A stretch of DNA of 64,000 nucleotides from Lepidodermella squamata (lineage: Eukaryota > Animalia > Gastrotricha), in NCBI GenBank assembly GCA_047495785.1, contig JBLDXI010000042.1, positions 4,898,001-4,962,000 of the forward strand. Reading direction: 5' to 3'. Of this stretch, positions 26,001 through 38,543 are shown one piece after another. The notes under the pieces were generated by a model. That model had not been told where the DNA came from. It made no database searches and saw nothing but the letters and a program-made list of their open reading frames with translations. Made by a program: the position numbers and the translations under genes. Numbering within the stretch: position 1 is the first letter of the stretch; each line of letters opens with the position of its first letter.

Positions 26001-27093
26001 AATTGACACCGGCGAACAATAGATCGACAAGGCTTAGCATCCAGGTCCAACCTCGGCACTGATAATCGATTTATAGCCATATCTATCTAGCCATGGCGAA
26101 ACTTTAAATATTGTTCAGCATTTTTTATTATTATATATAAATCATAACAAAAAAGAATTGCTCGTGCCGAGCAGTCTCATAATAAATGCAACCGGGCGAA
26201 AATCTATTCAACCAGCAAGTATATTACGGCGGGGCGAGTAGACAAGCAAAATTTCAAGCGAACACGCGCGGTCATCGCCGATTTGTGTGTGTGCGTGTGC
26301 TCTTCAGCTGCTATCATCATTCAGCCACTATCTATAGTTCTCTTTTTTCACCGCATTAATATATTAACAATGCTGTGTATTGTTATCCAGCGCGCTTTTT
26401 TCGCCAAAACAAATTACACTTTATATCGAATTTTTTTGTTTCGTTTCGCTTCGAGAGAAAAAACACAGCCTCTGGGTTTAAAGTATGTGTCACAGTGCTC
26501 GCTGCTTCTTGTAGGATATTTTTCATACCGTCACGCTCGACTGACCCTGTTGAAAATAGAAACATTCGGTTATGATAGCTGAAGTTCCAGTTTCTTTTTA
26601 ATTGAGCCGTACCAGAATTCTCTGACTAATATATTTATATCGATTTTTTAACAAAATTCAAATAATTTTTCAAGCGAACGATTAGATCCGAAAAATTGGC
26701 CCAGGTTTCGCGTTGATTTAATGAAAATGTTGGCTGTCGCGGGTTGATAACCACGCAACTTTTAGGACAGGTTGTCACTTTTCAGAAAATGCACAGATAA
26801 TTTTCAAGTTCTTTTTCTTTTGACCTACATAGGTCTTGAATTTTTGTATCACTTATATGGAGAAGCCCCTGTTTTCGGACAAAAAAAATAGCGCCCACAC
26901 TCAGTCGTTATTTCGCCGGGCTGGATTAAGTTTGGTCACTCTAAATTTAAAGAATTCCCTGTCTGCGAGTCGCACTGACGTAAAGCTAATTGCGCGCGGA
27001 CATTTTCTGGTAAGCAAAAATGACTTTTCGAGCGAGACTCACGAAATGAAGTCTGCTCACAAAATTAGCAATTATCAATGAATCAATGAAATA

Positions 27094-27418
27094 GGGGGCA
27101 CACAGTAGTTCAGTGGATAGCTGTCTGCTGTGTATTGAGCGTCAAGATCGATGGGCACGAGTTCGATCCCAACCCGGGTCGACCGTGGTTTATCAATGGC
27201 GCTCTACCCCGACGGTGGCCGACCACTCCATCGTGTTACAAAAGTGAAAAGTGGTAGATTAGGAGTGTCAGCGAGACTGCACTAATCGCTACCGAGCTGT
27301 CCCCGAGAGACCCCAACAAGCGACCCTAAGAGCGCTCATTCGGGACCCATGGCTTCGGCCCATCCATTCAACGAATGGGACGTCTCAATAATAAAAAGGA
27401 ATTTTCGAATTTTTTTTT
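27094..27418 (+). mobile_element. tRNA-derived SINE
   Basis: A box TAGTTCAGTGG (27106), B box GAGTTCGATCCC (27159), GC-richer body, AATAATAAAA tail; possible TSD tcaatgaaata / tcaatgaatta. Confidence 0.7.
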
Positions 27419-27843
27419 TCAATGAATTATATAAAAAAAATATATCTGCAGATCTTTTCTTGGCACAAGCAACTTTAATTTCAGGTTGATTTTTATTCCA
27501 ACTTTACAAATATTTTCTGGTGAATTAGAAAAATTAGTATCGAAAATAGCAAATTAATCGGGTTTACAAATCAGTGATTTTTCCGATATCAGTAATTTAG
27601 GGTGGCATAAATGACGGTTGTTTTTACCTCAAGGCACACATATTAGTAGCTAAGTGCGGTCGCAAATTGGATGGAAAAAACTTGAATTTTGGAGACGATG
27701 GAAATTTTGACCCAAAAATATCGAAAAAATTGTCTGATTTTTCAACTTAAAATTTGAGACAGTGTTGTTACTCTTAATTTTAATTAAATTGCGAGAAAAA
27801 CAGCCCGAAAATTGCGAAGCTCTACCACGAGACGCATCTGGCG

Positions 27844-30800
27844 ATGCTGAACGCATCGATGAGCACGATGGCGGCGTCGGTGTCGAGCGGGCTCAACGCG
27901 TCGCTAGGCCAGCTGATGGCGCAGCCGCCGCCGCTAGCCGCGAAGCCGCACCACGTGGCCGGGTTCGGGACAACGGGCGGCCTGGCGACGACGCTGGTGA
28001 TACTGAACGGCTACAGTTACGCGCTGATCACCATCGTGTGCCTCGTGCTCAACGCCATAACGATACCTGTCATGCTGCACCGCGACATTATCATTCCTAG
28101 CTACATTGTGCTCACTGCTATTACGGTAAAAGCCATCAGCTTAGGTTCAAGCTAATGAGAACAGTAAGGATTGAGGATCACACTTGCCAAAGGGGAAAAA
28201 ATCCGGGAAAATCAGGTCTAAACCGAAAATTACCAAACCAGTTACCATCGGGTTTTCCCGGGGTCTCTTTGATAAATTCCCGGATGAAGAAGTAAATCTT
28301 TCCGTTAGTCGTAATTCCAGAGAAATTTATAAATTTCCGGCGATATAGTACAACGCAATGTGCGAAGTACGGGAAAGGGGGGTAAAAAGGGAGGGGGTGG
28401 TTTGTACCCCTAACCTCGAGAGGTCCAAGCGAGAAAACCGCAAAAACCACGGGGGAACCTTTTTGGGCTGGAAATTCCCAAGCGTAGCCCCCCCTCGCAC
28501 CTCGAGGATCCTACTTCACCCACTGGTACAAAGGATGAGCAGCTTATCGGAGGATTCTTATTTCAGTTAAATTTAGGGTTTCCAAAATCAGCACTTAGTT
28601 TAAATCATTGGGAAAAATGTTAAACCTCAAATCAAATATTTTTATACCTTATAATCTTGATTTACCATTTGTAAACATGACTTCATTGGAAATTTCTCAA
28701 GGAAATGCTAAGCTTTAGATTTCAGCTTCTTGCTTGTTAATGGAAATTATTTTGTCTTTGAACAGCTTTCTGACATGTTCATGGCCTTGTCATCGCTGCC
28801 GTTCAACATTTACTTTTACCTGTTCGACGCCTACAAGTCTTTCGTGCCCTTCGACATGTGCTTCGCCCAGCGCACCTTCGGCGAAGTCGTCCCATCAGCC
28901 CTTCACACTATGTCAATATGGTAATAGTCAACAAAAAACTCTTTATTAATCTCCCTTTGATATCGATGCTCCAAAAATAGGTGTACAGTTTACCTAGCAG
29001 TGCATCGGTACCGGGAGGTGACTACAACAAATACGACGAAGCGAAAAATGTCCCTTTCAGGCGGTTCAGCGAGCCGTGGCGATTTTATAACTGTTGTCTT
29101 ACACGTGGCCCTAGTTGCCTTCTTCTCGTTTTTTATACAATGTTTCCGGTTCTTCGACACTGAAATCATACCCGTCAGAGTAAGTCCGAATTCCGCGTTT
29201 CCAACAACCTTTCAGCATTCAGCTTTCATAATTTGAGAAGAATGTGATTTTCTCCTAATTTTTCAAATATAATTTATCACTTTTTCCTATTCGTCAATCA
29301 GCCACATCCTAACTTTCCAGATATCATGGTAAGATTCGGCATCATCATAATAGAGTAATAACGCTTTGGAAACCCTGCTTAAAATAGCATCAGACCAGCT
29401 CAAAATATAGTCGCTTTTAAAAATTGAGATTATAATCAGTTCTATATTGTTCAAGTTGCACGGCGGAAGTCGCATTTTCATTTAGTTTACTTCATTTTTG
29501 TCGAATATGTTGTACTTTTTTATGAAACGTTTTCGAACAGATTGTTGCGCCTAAAGATTTGACCTTCAATCTGCTAAACACAACATCCGCCCCTCCTGTT
29601 GTATCGTGCTCGATGCGGTTGAAAAGCTTCATAACCGCCACAATCGGCAAAAACGCGTATTTCCTTACTTTTCTATGGTGCCGGACGATATGCGTTCAAA
29701 TCCTACCCTGTACCATACTCATATTCGTCAACGCTCTTTTGATACGCATTTTGAACGAGCGCATTGAAGTGCGCAAGAACATGATGTCGAAGCCGAGTCA
29801 AAAATCGCTGGACCAAAGCGCGTCGGCTGTACCGCTGGTTGATTCGAAGAGTCTGGCGTACAACAACTTGCCGGAGCAGAAGGCACTGGCGGTGACGCCG
29901 GTCAAGGCTCAACAGGTTGCGACGCCGGTTCGCGACCCGAATCGAGCGAACATTGCGCTGAAGAATTGGCGCCTCATCACGCGCATGTTGTGGCTCATTG
30001 TGCTGATAACGCTGATTGTCGAACTGCCCTTCGCCATCTGGTTCATTTATGTAAGTTGCATTATTTAGATTCAGTTGCTTCAGCCGTGAACTTCAGAAAA
30101 CGCAAAAACGTGGGACTCTTAAGTCTTTAGTATCTGAAGTGACTCTTAAGTTTAGCCAAAATAGTTCTCGCAGTTAGAGCGGCAGTATTCGAAGGACTAA
30201 TTCACGCGGCTTCGATTTCGAAATGGCTTGCAACCAAATGGTTCCATCAGAGGACTTAAGTTCTGCAATCAATCTTGATAAGCTAGCTTTTCCACTGGAA
30301 GCAGAGTTGACCTCTTCCGCAGTATTCCGCTGCTTGAAATCACGCGTTGTTTTAGATTCAGACAATACAGCGTGATTCATTAGTTAGGGGTTAGATTTAA
30401 CAATATTTGAGCTTTCATAGGTTTAAGGAGCCCTGCCCATATTCAATTTACCAGAAATGCGTCGCATCTCTTGTCAGCAATAAAACTGTGGAAAATCAGC
30501 AAAGTACCAAAGAGAACCCCAATGAGACCAAGGCAAAAGGGCAAAAAGTTGGTAATTTTCGCACTGGAGTTGGACGTCAGAATAGTCGGAATAGCTGAAT
30601 TTTGGCTTTTCAGCATATTCAGCACGTTTTGCTATGCCTATGCGATGTCTATGTCTAAGATACTTGAAATTTTCTCGACCCGTGGATCATAGCAGGCAAG
30701 GATGAGCTAAATTATGACTTATGACAAGAATTGTGGGGGCTGTGACAAAACTTCTTCGTGGGCATAACGAGAACAGCCCAAGTTGATTAGGAATAATTCG

Positions 30801-31657
30801 ATCTGACCTTATTGAAGACAGCGAACCTGTCTCCGAGTTGTTTGGACTACATAGAGACTCGACACCCTCAAGAAGTTGTTCCTGCGCAATCTTGCTAGCC
30901 CTGGTCGAAAGTGAGATCCATTCCAAGGATTAAGATAAAAAATGCGGCCTATTAAGAACTTGTTACTGATGGTACTGATGATGGTTTATCAAATTCTGAG
31001 GTGCTCTTAACAACTAAAGCTTCATAGAGCGTTTATCGCTTCTCTGACAGTCATTTTTTCTAACGTTGTGCTTTCTAGCTATGCGTCGACATAACAGCGT
31101 TCCACTTCCGCCTGCCGAGCTACGTCGTAAACATTGTATCTTCATCACTGAACGTCCTGCTCTTGCTCACAACGCCGCTCAAATTCATCATCTACTTTAC
31201 GATGATCCGGCCGTTCCGCGACAAGTTGAACGCAATGCAACACTCGATGACGGCTTGTTTCTGGAAGAACTCAGAACGCATAAGGCGGATAAGTAGCGCG
31301 GCTCGCGGCGGGCTGAGTGCGCCGGCTACGACGGCGGTCGAGCAGCAGCGCTTGGCCCCGCCATCGCCTAGTACTGTGCGGTCAACCGTGGCCGTTAACG
31401 AGGATCAGCTGCTAATCAGCCATGGCGGGGCGATGATTCGATTAAGCGAAGTCAAAACGCCGTCGCCAGACGCGACTGCCCCGCAGTTGGTCGTTACGAC
31501 GACGGACAGCTCGGCGAGTTTGAAGGCTAGCAAATCAAACGACGGTGAAGACTGCTGTGAGATCGATGAATCATCGATGAAAGCTCAGCTGGCTGAAATA
31601 AGCAATTTGACTACGACCGATGACGATGAGGATGACGAAGTTGTGCGCATGGTGTGA
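27844..31657 (+). CDS. Class A peptide GPCR, sex-peptide/MIP-receptor or myosuppressin/FMRFamide-receptor-like, 5 exons
   Basis: Exons 27844-28125, 28766-28920, 28981-29179, 29541-30050, 31079-31657. Motifs LTAITLSD, LHTMSIWCTVYLAVHRY, QILPCTILIFVNALLI, ITRML..IV..LIVELP, PLKFIIYFTM..PFR. Confidence 0.92.
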
Positions 31658-32102
31658 CGAGTTTTTGATACCTTTGCTTATATATAGATAGTTCAGCCGA
31701 TCGAAACTAGCAAATCGATTTGCTGTTATGCTACTTGACATGATTTATACAAATTTGATGAATCAACAGTTTGATAAAAGTTTTCTTTGCGTTTTTGAAA
31801 ATAAGAAAAATAAAATTGCGTATCGAATCAACAAGTTTTTCGCTATCCATCAACCGTTAAGACTTTGGAAAGTCCCTAACACCAGTTCAAGCTCGAATCA
31901 AGTATCAAAAATCAGTATTCAGCTTTTCCGCCTGTGAATCGCCTGTCGATCGTTTTCGACCGATTCGATTTGTGATTTGATGAGAACAAATTAAAATTTA
32001 ACCAAACATTTTGCAAGGATTTCAGCATATGGGTTCATTTTTATTAAGTTCCTGAAATATAATTTTTCCATACGAAGTGGCCTGCCTGTCTAGTATCAAT
32101 TC

Positions 32103-32640
32103 TTAACTTTGACGATCAGAGTACGAAGTAGGTCCTCGTGCCGGGGGGTACTTTCGAGGAGTATTTTTGACTCCGATGTTATCGGACCGAAGGATCGCCC
32201 ATGTGACATTTTTCGGGGTTTTATGCCTTGATCTCTCGAGCTGGGGAGGACGGTATCCACCGTATCCACCTGCACTTCGCACACTGTTGACAATATCATA
32301 ATTCATCAGAAGCCTGTTTCTGCCGATGATGGCACCAGGAACTGGGCTGGGATCTTGCGAAACTACGCTCGGCCGGTCGGTGGAAGTATTAGTGTTTGCA
32401 CTGACAGTCGCATTGTTGGGATTGTTAGAGTTTTCCACAACAGTTGAAAACTTCGCCCGATCGCGACCCCATGGATACATCGCAACTGGCGCTATACGCT
32501 GCCTTTTCCTGAAATGGGTGAAAATTGATATATTCAAGGGGTCATAATTACGAAACAAGAATAACTTACTCGGGTGAGACATTTTGCAGCGACGGTTCGA
32601 AAAATATTATAGAGGCGAAGAATGCCATTAATAAAAACAT
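32103..32640 (-). CDS. Small secreted protein, possible neuropeptide precursor, 2 exons
   Basis: Exons 32640-32570 and 32508-32103: MFLLMAFFASIIFFEPSLQNVSPE-KR-QRIAPVAMYPW-GR-... Confidence 0.6.
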
Positions 32641-32708
32641 CGAATATTGCATTTTCAAAAAATCTAAATAATTCATAAAATAATATGGTTATTTGCATCG
32701 CCTATTTA

Positions 32709-33239
32709 TTACATTTTGCTTGGTTGTTTAATTCTAAGCATTTCAAACGCTCGAAGCAGAGCTGAGTTCTGTTTGTTATCTTTATTCAGCCCTGTCGACG
32801 CAACATTTTCAACCGAGGTGTTCGGTCGAAGTAAGTTCACCTTCACAGGCGCTGAGATTTTCCGAGGCTTTCCACCATTCGATATCGAATTCAGAATTTG
32901 GCTTGCATCGCCGGTTTTGGTTTGACTTGACAGATCGACAATTTGGTCGTTTGACCAGCGATGCGGAACTGCTCGGTATTTTCTTTTCCTTTAAATTTTA
33001 ATTACAATTCTAATTTCAACAATTTCGATAACATTTACTTACTGTAAGACGTAGCTTTCGGCCGAATGACCAACGCGATTTTCGCCCGGTTCCAAGATAC
33101 CAAAATTTGCATATTGATACTCATTTGGCAGAAAAATACTGCTAGCCTCCGAAAAACTGGCGCTTTGCACAACTAAAGCTAAAATTATAACAAACGCCAG
33201 CGTGATTTTGTTTTTTAAAATCCCGAAATGATTATCCAA
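32709..33239 (-). CDS. Small secreted-type protein, 2 exons, start codon not found
   Basis: Hydrophobic ITLAFVIILALVVQSASFSEA; phase-2 intron 33042-32989 followed by KRKYRAVPHRW; no in-frame ATG (aaaATC sits where aaaATG would be expected). Confidence 0.5.
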
Positions 33240-33904
33240 GTGTTGTGTTCAGCCGTCAGCTAGAAACAGGGCGTTTTCCAACAAACCTTAAGTGCAGAAA
33301 AATTAATAAATAGTGGACACTATTTTCGGCAGATGTGGGAGGCCATATTATCCTGGTTCTGGGGGCTGGTCGATTTTTTCCAGGATTTTCAATGAATAAG
33401 TGAGAATCTTACGCCTAAATATGGCAAATTATCGCCCAGTTAAAATCGCCTCGAAGTAAATAAATCCGCCCACAATGCGTAATCCGCGCCCTCGTAATGC
33501 TAAATCTACCACTCAATAACGCTACCAACTCAACTGTGTAGCATATATATGTAGCATATCATAGCTGATTCAGACTTTGAGACTGTTGGTTCCAAATCAG
33601 ATGGTATCACGGCCTAAGTTAAAGCGGTTCGGGCGATACTCCTTCGAAAGCGGAAAACTCAGTGGAAATATGATTCATCGCCAGGCCAAAAACCTCAATA
33701 GCTGGGACTGGCAGTTGTCTCTTTGGTTTGTACTTCGTACTCGACTTGAGATGAGTATCTCAGGGTAGAGCATACAAAGGTGTATAATAAGGGGATTCTC
33801 AATTGATGAAAATTGCCACATCAGATTTATTACATGCATCATTCAACGCTCAAATCATATACAATACCTAATTCAATAATGATTGCGAAGAATTTTCCAA
33901 TGGT

Positions 33905-36217
33905 TCAAGAACTTTCACGGCTTCTGAAAATGGGATAATACCACGTGAGTGATGTGGTCATCGAGTAGATCAAACTTCCATAGGCTACAGCTATTCTTTG
34001 ATGAATAGAATTTTCGATCACAATTACAATCAGAAGAATTCCAAGCAACAGAGTGATTGCATTAGCCGTTCCTAACCTTATCCAAACGATCTCCCGTTTC
34101 CATGCATGCGACAATGAAACATGACCCAGTTGATAGTTGAACAGTAGGCCAGCAGTTAACATTACAACGTGGAGGAATGAAATCGATAGTGACCAATCGA
34201 TAGCATCCAGAGACATGCAACTCGTTGAAATTGTTTCAAATTCAGTATCGACCTCTTCGCTGTAAAGTGATTTACTGGAGATTTGACACCGTACACGATC
34301 GGAAATAAACCAAGCGGCTAGTAAGATAGCATTCCAGATTGAAAATGAAAAGCTTGCAAGCACGCAGTATTTGTCTAGAGTACTTTCGGCAAAGCCTAAC
34401 CTTGGGTTACGGCCATTTTGAATAGGCCTAGAGCCAGCTACCTCAGATATCAATCCGAAATTGCTTGTTAGCAATTGTGCGTGAGAAGGACCAGCACTCA
34501 GTCGAATCCTAGAAACGTTTGTTGCGATATTCCGCCGATTCTTGACAATGAGCCAAGGCCGAAATGTCAAAATTGAATTTATCAGTGATGATCCTAGAAT
34601 TAAGCAGATATACGATGCTGTTGTAATGCTCTGGTCAAAAAGCGTTACAGAAATTAGAACCGCGGAGATGTTGATCAACAAGCAGCCAAATGATCCTGAA
34701 ATCTTACTATATCGAAATAACAATGATCCGCCTTTTCTCCATACGATGTAGATGCATGCTGACAGCTGAGCAACGCAAGTAATACTGGATAAGACCAAGA
34801 TTGAAATGAATATTTCCGCTGCAATTTGTGGGTAGATCAATTTTAAGATTGATCTGTCTCTCGGAGCTCCCCAGTAGTTCTCGAGCTTGTCAACCCATCT
34901 CAAGAAGTAGCTGTTGTATTCAAACTCGGTCGTATTCGGAATCTGCTGAAAAGTTGCCACGGTCTTGAGTCCTTTACCAGGTAGCCAGAAGTCGATCTCT
35001 TGAATGTCATTGTCCGGATTGCCGTAGCTATTGAACGACATCGGATTAGGCTTACGAAGACCCATGATTTTGAGATTCAGAAGTGACTCATTAGCTACCT
35101 TAGATACATAACTCGGACTAAGGCGATAATCTCGTAGAGACATATTTTGCTGTAGCAACTTCTTCTCAGCTTCATCCAAAGCCACAATCGTCCTCAGAAC
35201 AGCGTCGTAGCAAAGAAACCGAGCTATCCAGTCAGCGGGTTCTGTTCCGTTCGTATGCTGCAATATCATTCGCTCAATCTGAACAGGCGTATGGCCGATG
35301 TACGACTTTTGACCGCTGCTCTCCGGCAGAGGGTTCAGCATATTACCGAACCAAATTGCGAATTTCATCTGTTCTATAATCATAGCCGTTGTACAACCAG
35401 GATAAAGGGAGTCGCCATTGACGGAAGGGTCAACGTATGACCCTATATCAGCTAAGAATGCGTACTTGGGACCGGTGATGCCTTGATTATATGCCTCGCA
35501 CAAAATTTGGTTCAATGCGAAGTCAGCAGACGTAACGATGGCAATTATCCGCAAATCCGAATCTTTGAGTAGCTTCATGTTTTGCGGATTTGCCTGAATG
35601 AACATATCAATCCAAGGAACGGAAACGCCAGCGGCTGTCGCTCTGTCCAACAAAAAGATTGCTGATTCGTAATTGCGAAAGTTCGCTACATTCGCAACTA
35701 TTGCAAATTGATGCCATTTACCGACTTCTTTGATGAATCTCACGTAAGTTACCATGATGATCTTTACAGTAGGATTCCCCAGATACATGTTAGGGATACG
35801 TTCTCGTTTTGATAGACCCGGGGCAGTACAGAATGTGCTAATCGCAGATGAGTGGATTTGCTTCAGCATCCGTCCCATAGTCAAACAGCCTGGTGAGTAT
35901 TGAGGTCCGATGATGAGCGGTGATTGCAAACTTTTGCTAATCACGTCGAAGTTTCTCACGTAGGCCATTACCTGCCTAACGGAGGCTACACCTGTTTCCT
36001 CGTCGACGTAAAGCATTTCGATGTCATAATCCGGTAGAATGTCCCTACGAGCGTTGACCTCTTGCACTGCTATATCGTTAGCTATCATACATGTCGTTCC
36101 GACGTTATACGCATCTTCTCCACTGGTTGGAACCAAATGCAGCATAGATAGTGTGTACGGTTTCTTGGCTTGAGTAGCACCGAATATGATTACAAAAGCA
36201 ATCGCTAAGGAGAACAT
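33905..36217 (-). CDS. GABA-B-receptor-like class C GPCR, intronless (paralog 1)
   Basis: 770 aa: signal peptide, Venus-flytrap motifs (VNARRDILPDY, IIGPQYS, LSKRERIPN, LCEAY..GITGPKY, CYDAV), no Cys-rich domain, seven hydrophobic segments. Confidence 0.9.
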   Translation of the reverse strand: MFSLAIAFVIIFGATQAKKPYTLSMLHLVPTSGEDAYNVGTTCMIANDIAVQEVNARRDILPDYDIEMLYVDEETGVASVRQVMAYVRNFDVISKSLQSPLIIGPQYSPGCLTMGRMLKQIHSSAISTFCTAPGLSKRERIPNMYLGNPTVKIIMVTYVRFIKEVGKWHQFAIVANVANFRNYESAIFLLDRATAAGVSVPWIDMFIQANPQNMKLLKDSDLRIIAIVTSADFALNQILCEAYNQGITGPKYAFLADIGSYVDPSVNGDSLYPGCTTAMIIEQMKFAIWFGNMLNPLPESSGQKSYIGHTPVQIERMILQHTNGTEPADWIARFLCYDAVLRTIVALDEAEKKLLQQNMSLRDYRLSPSYVSKVANESLLNLKIMGLRKPNPMSFNSYGNPDNDIQEIDFWLPGKGLKTVATFQQIPNTTEFEYNSYFLRWVDKLENYWGAPRDRSILKLIYPQIAAEIFISILVLSSITCVAQLSACIYIVWRKGGSLLFRYSKISGSFGCLLINISAVLISVTLFDQSITTASYICLILGSSLINSILTFRPWLIVKNRRNIATNVSRIRLSAGPSHAQLLTSNFGLISEVAGSRPIQNGRNPRLGFAESTLDKYCVLASFSFSIWNAILLAAWFISDRVRCQISSKSLYSEEVDTEFETISTSCMSLDAIDWSLSISFLHVVMLTAGLLFNYQLGHVSLSHAWKREIVWIRLGTANAITLLLGILLIVIVIENSIHQRIAVAYGSLIYSMTTSLTWYYPIFRSRESS

Positions 36218-36686
36218 TTTTCACCGGGAAAACGCAATGCATCAATATAAGTATGAAACACTTGGATCTGTCAGTAGTCTTCACTTGCGGGGCCATAGCT
36301 TTGTCGCGAATTTTGACAGGAAGCTCTTCAGCTTGCCAATTCGGCGGAAATATTACCGTTGAAAATATGCAAACTCCTCTGCTTTTTGTTAAAACTTTGT
36401 TCTCTGCATAGTTGTTGCTGGAAAATTGAAACTTCAGTGTCTACGAAAGAGTAACTCTACATTATTTGGATTAAGAGGAGGAGGAAGACGATGCTTTTCG
36501 AAAGTCCGCCCATGCGCGGCTGTTACCAAATAAAACGGATGGACGATTTTCCAGTTTTAGAAATAAACGAGATTAATTCATAGGTTTAATAATACTGCTG
36601 ATAACGGTTGATTTAGCGCAAAGCAAGGTCAAATTTGCAGACGATATGAATGCAATACGGCGAGAAAAGCATTCAACAGAGTTGCG

Positions 36687-37316
36687 CTAATTCAGTTTTT
36701 TGTAAAGCAAGGTGAAGTTTCCAGGGCAACCTTTGAAAGGTCCGCCGTAGTTGTCTAGATTGATCCTTGCCGCTACTGTGAAGCCGAGCTTATGCTCATA
36801 GATATGCTCCGTCGCCGGCGCGTCAGTCTCAACCATTATGTACTTACATCCTTTCGCTCGAGCATTTTCAACAACGAACCGTCGCAATTGCGTCGCTATT
36901 CCTTTACCACACATATCCTGGACTGTCGCGCCCATCCAAAGGTGGGCAACGCCCCCGTTTTTCTCTTCATCCACGATTTCAGACGGTAATGACTTGTGAA
37001 GTTCCTCCATTATCGGTAGCACAGGATTACGCGGGAGATACTCAAGATTTCCGTCGTCACCGGTTCCTGGAGCTTGACACTGAATAACTGCAATCATTCG
37101 ATCGCCTTCTTCCGCATAAACACTGTAGCCTTGATCGACACGGGAGGTTTCAAACAGCTCCTTAACAAGGTGGTAAAAATAGTCTTCGTTGAAGGAAGCA
37201 TCGCCTTTCCGGATGTGGAGCATTGTCGTGCTACTGTCGTGAAATTGTTTGGCAATCAAACGGGTTGCTTCTTCAACCCGATCTTGCGTTAAAACTTTAC
37301 ATGCTATGTTTGCCAT
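36687..37316 (-). CDS. GNAT acetyltransferase, arylalkylamine N-acetyltransferase-like, intronless
   Basis: Motif A HLWMGATVQDMCGKGIATQL and motif B IMVETDAPATEHIYEHKLGF. Confidence 0.85.
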   Translation of the reverse strand: MANIACKVLTQDRVEEATRLIAKQFHDSSTTMLHIRKGDASFNEDYFYHLVKELFETSRVDQGYSVYAEEGDRMIAVIQCQAPGTGDDGNLEYLPRNPVLPIMEELHKSLPSEIVDEEKNGGVAHLWMGATVQDMCGKGIATQLRRFVVENARAKGCKYIMVETDAPATEHIYEHKLGFTVAARINLDNYGGPFKGCPGNFTLLYKKLN

Positions 37317-37524
37317 TCTTAAAGAGCAATCACTATACGTTTCGGTTATAATGCTCTCACGCCGGCTAGTCTTGGACGCTGTTGAGCTGATAAGAAATTC
37401 AAAGATATAATCTTTTCAGCTCTGCGTTCTTATCAGCACTGCAAATTTAACATACATACTGTGATATGGCTAATTTCCTATCACCGCGTACCGGGTTCTA
37501 TTTTAGCGGTTAGTGAACAACACC

Positions 37525-38543
37525 CATAGACATAATTTAAGATAGACTGACTACTCACGAGAAAACAGCGGAACACCATGGGTCGCAGATGTTCAGCTGA
37601 ATCATGAAAAAAGGTCCGAATTTCGGTGGGAAAGTAAACAAAGAAGTTGATTTTTCTTCGATCGATTTCGTTTTATCAGCGCTGGTTCTCTCAATTTCGT
37701 TGTTGGAACCAGGAAGAGAATTATGAGAGGAACAAGATGGTTATTTTTTCGTGAAATTATGATTTTTTCAAATTGGTCGAAATGCATTTTATAGTTTTTG
37801 AGCCTGCAAATAAAATGGGAAATCGACAATAAGGAAAGTGAAATTGAATCGATTGTCGATGAATCTAAATGCGCCTATGCGTGAGCTTTATTTTGAGCCC
37901 AAGTTTGACCTTCAACGATTTTTTACTGGATTTTAACAATTTTTTGAAGTTTTTCGGTGGGAAAATCCATTACTTTTGCTTGTTAGCAAAACAGACACAA
38001 GCAAACGCGTGATTCATTCGTATGAATCTAAACCAGAAAAAAGCATGAACCTTGCGCATGAATCACATGTGTGGCCAAGATGTCCAAACCAAAAGTACTG
38101 CTGTTTCCCACCGAAAAACTTAAATAAATTGTTAAAATTCAGTAAAAAATCATTGAAGGCCAAGATTGGGCTCAGATAAAAGCTAACGCCAAGCCGCGTT
38201 TAGAACCGTCGGCAACTGCTTCAATTTCGCTTTTAATCCTGTCGATTTTCGATTTTATTTGCAAGCTCAAAAACTTTAAAATTAATTTTCACCCATTTAA
38301 AAAAATCCAAAACTAAAGAAAAAATAACCATCGTGTTCGTCGTAAAATTCTCTTCTAGGTACCATCAACAAACTTCAGGGAACCAGCGCTGATAAAACGA
38401 AATCGATCGAAGAAAAATCAACTTCTTTGTTTACTTTCCCACCGAAATTCGGACCTTTTTTCATGATTCAGCTGAACATCTGCGACCCATGGTGTTCCGC
38501 TGTTTTCTCGTGAGTAGTCAGTCTATCTTAAATTATGTCTATG
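37525..38543. mobile_element. Non-autonomous DNA transposon with long TIRs, P-element-like
   Basis: About 165 bp of apparently perfect TIR starting CATAGACATAAT, continuing imperfectly inward; exact 8-bp TSD ACAACACC (37517-37524, 38544-38551). Confidence 0.9.

Noticed and set aside
23200-27080. Short ORFs in the gene-free region upstream of the GPCR
   Set aside because: AT-rich, no motifs or consistent splice structure; probably regulatory DNA.
30174-30960. ORF fragments within GPCR intron 4 as a nested gene or retroelement
   Set aside because: Short, stop-interrupted and without recognisable RT, endonuclease or transposase motifs.
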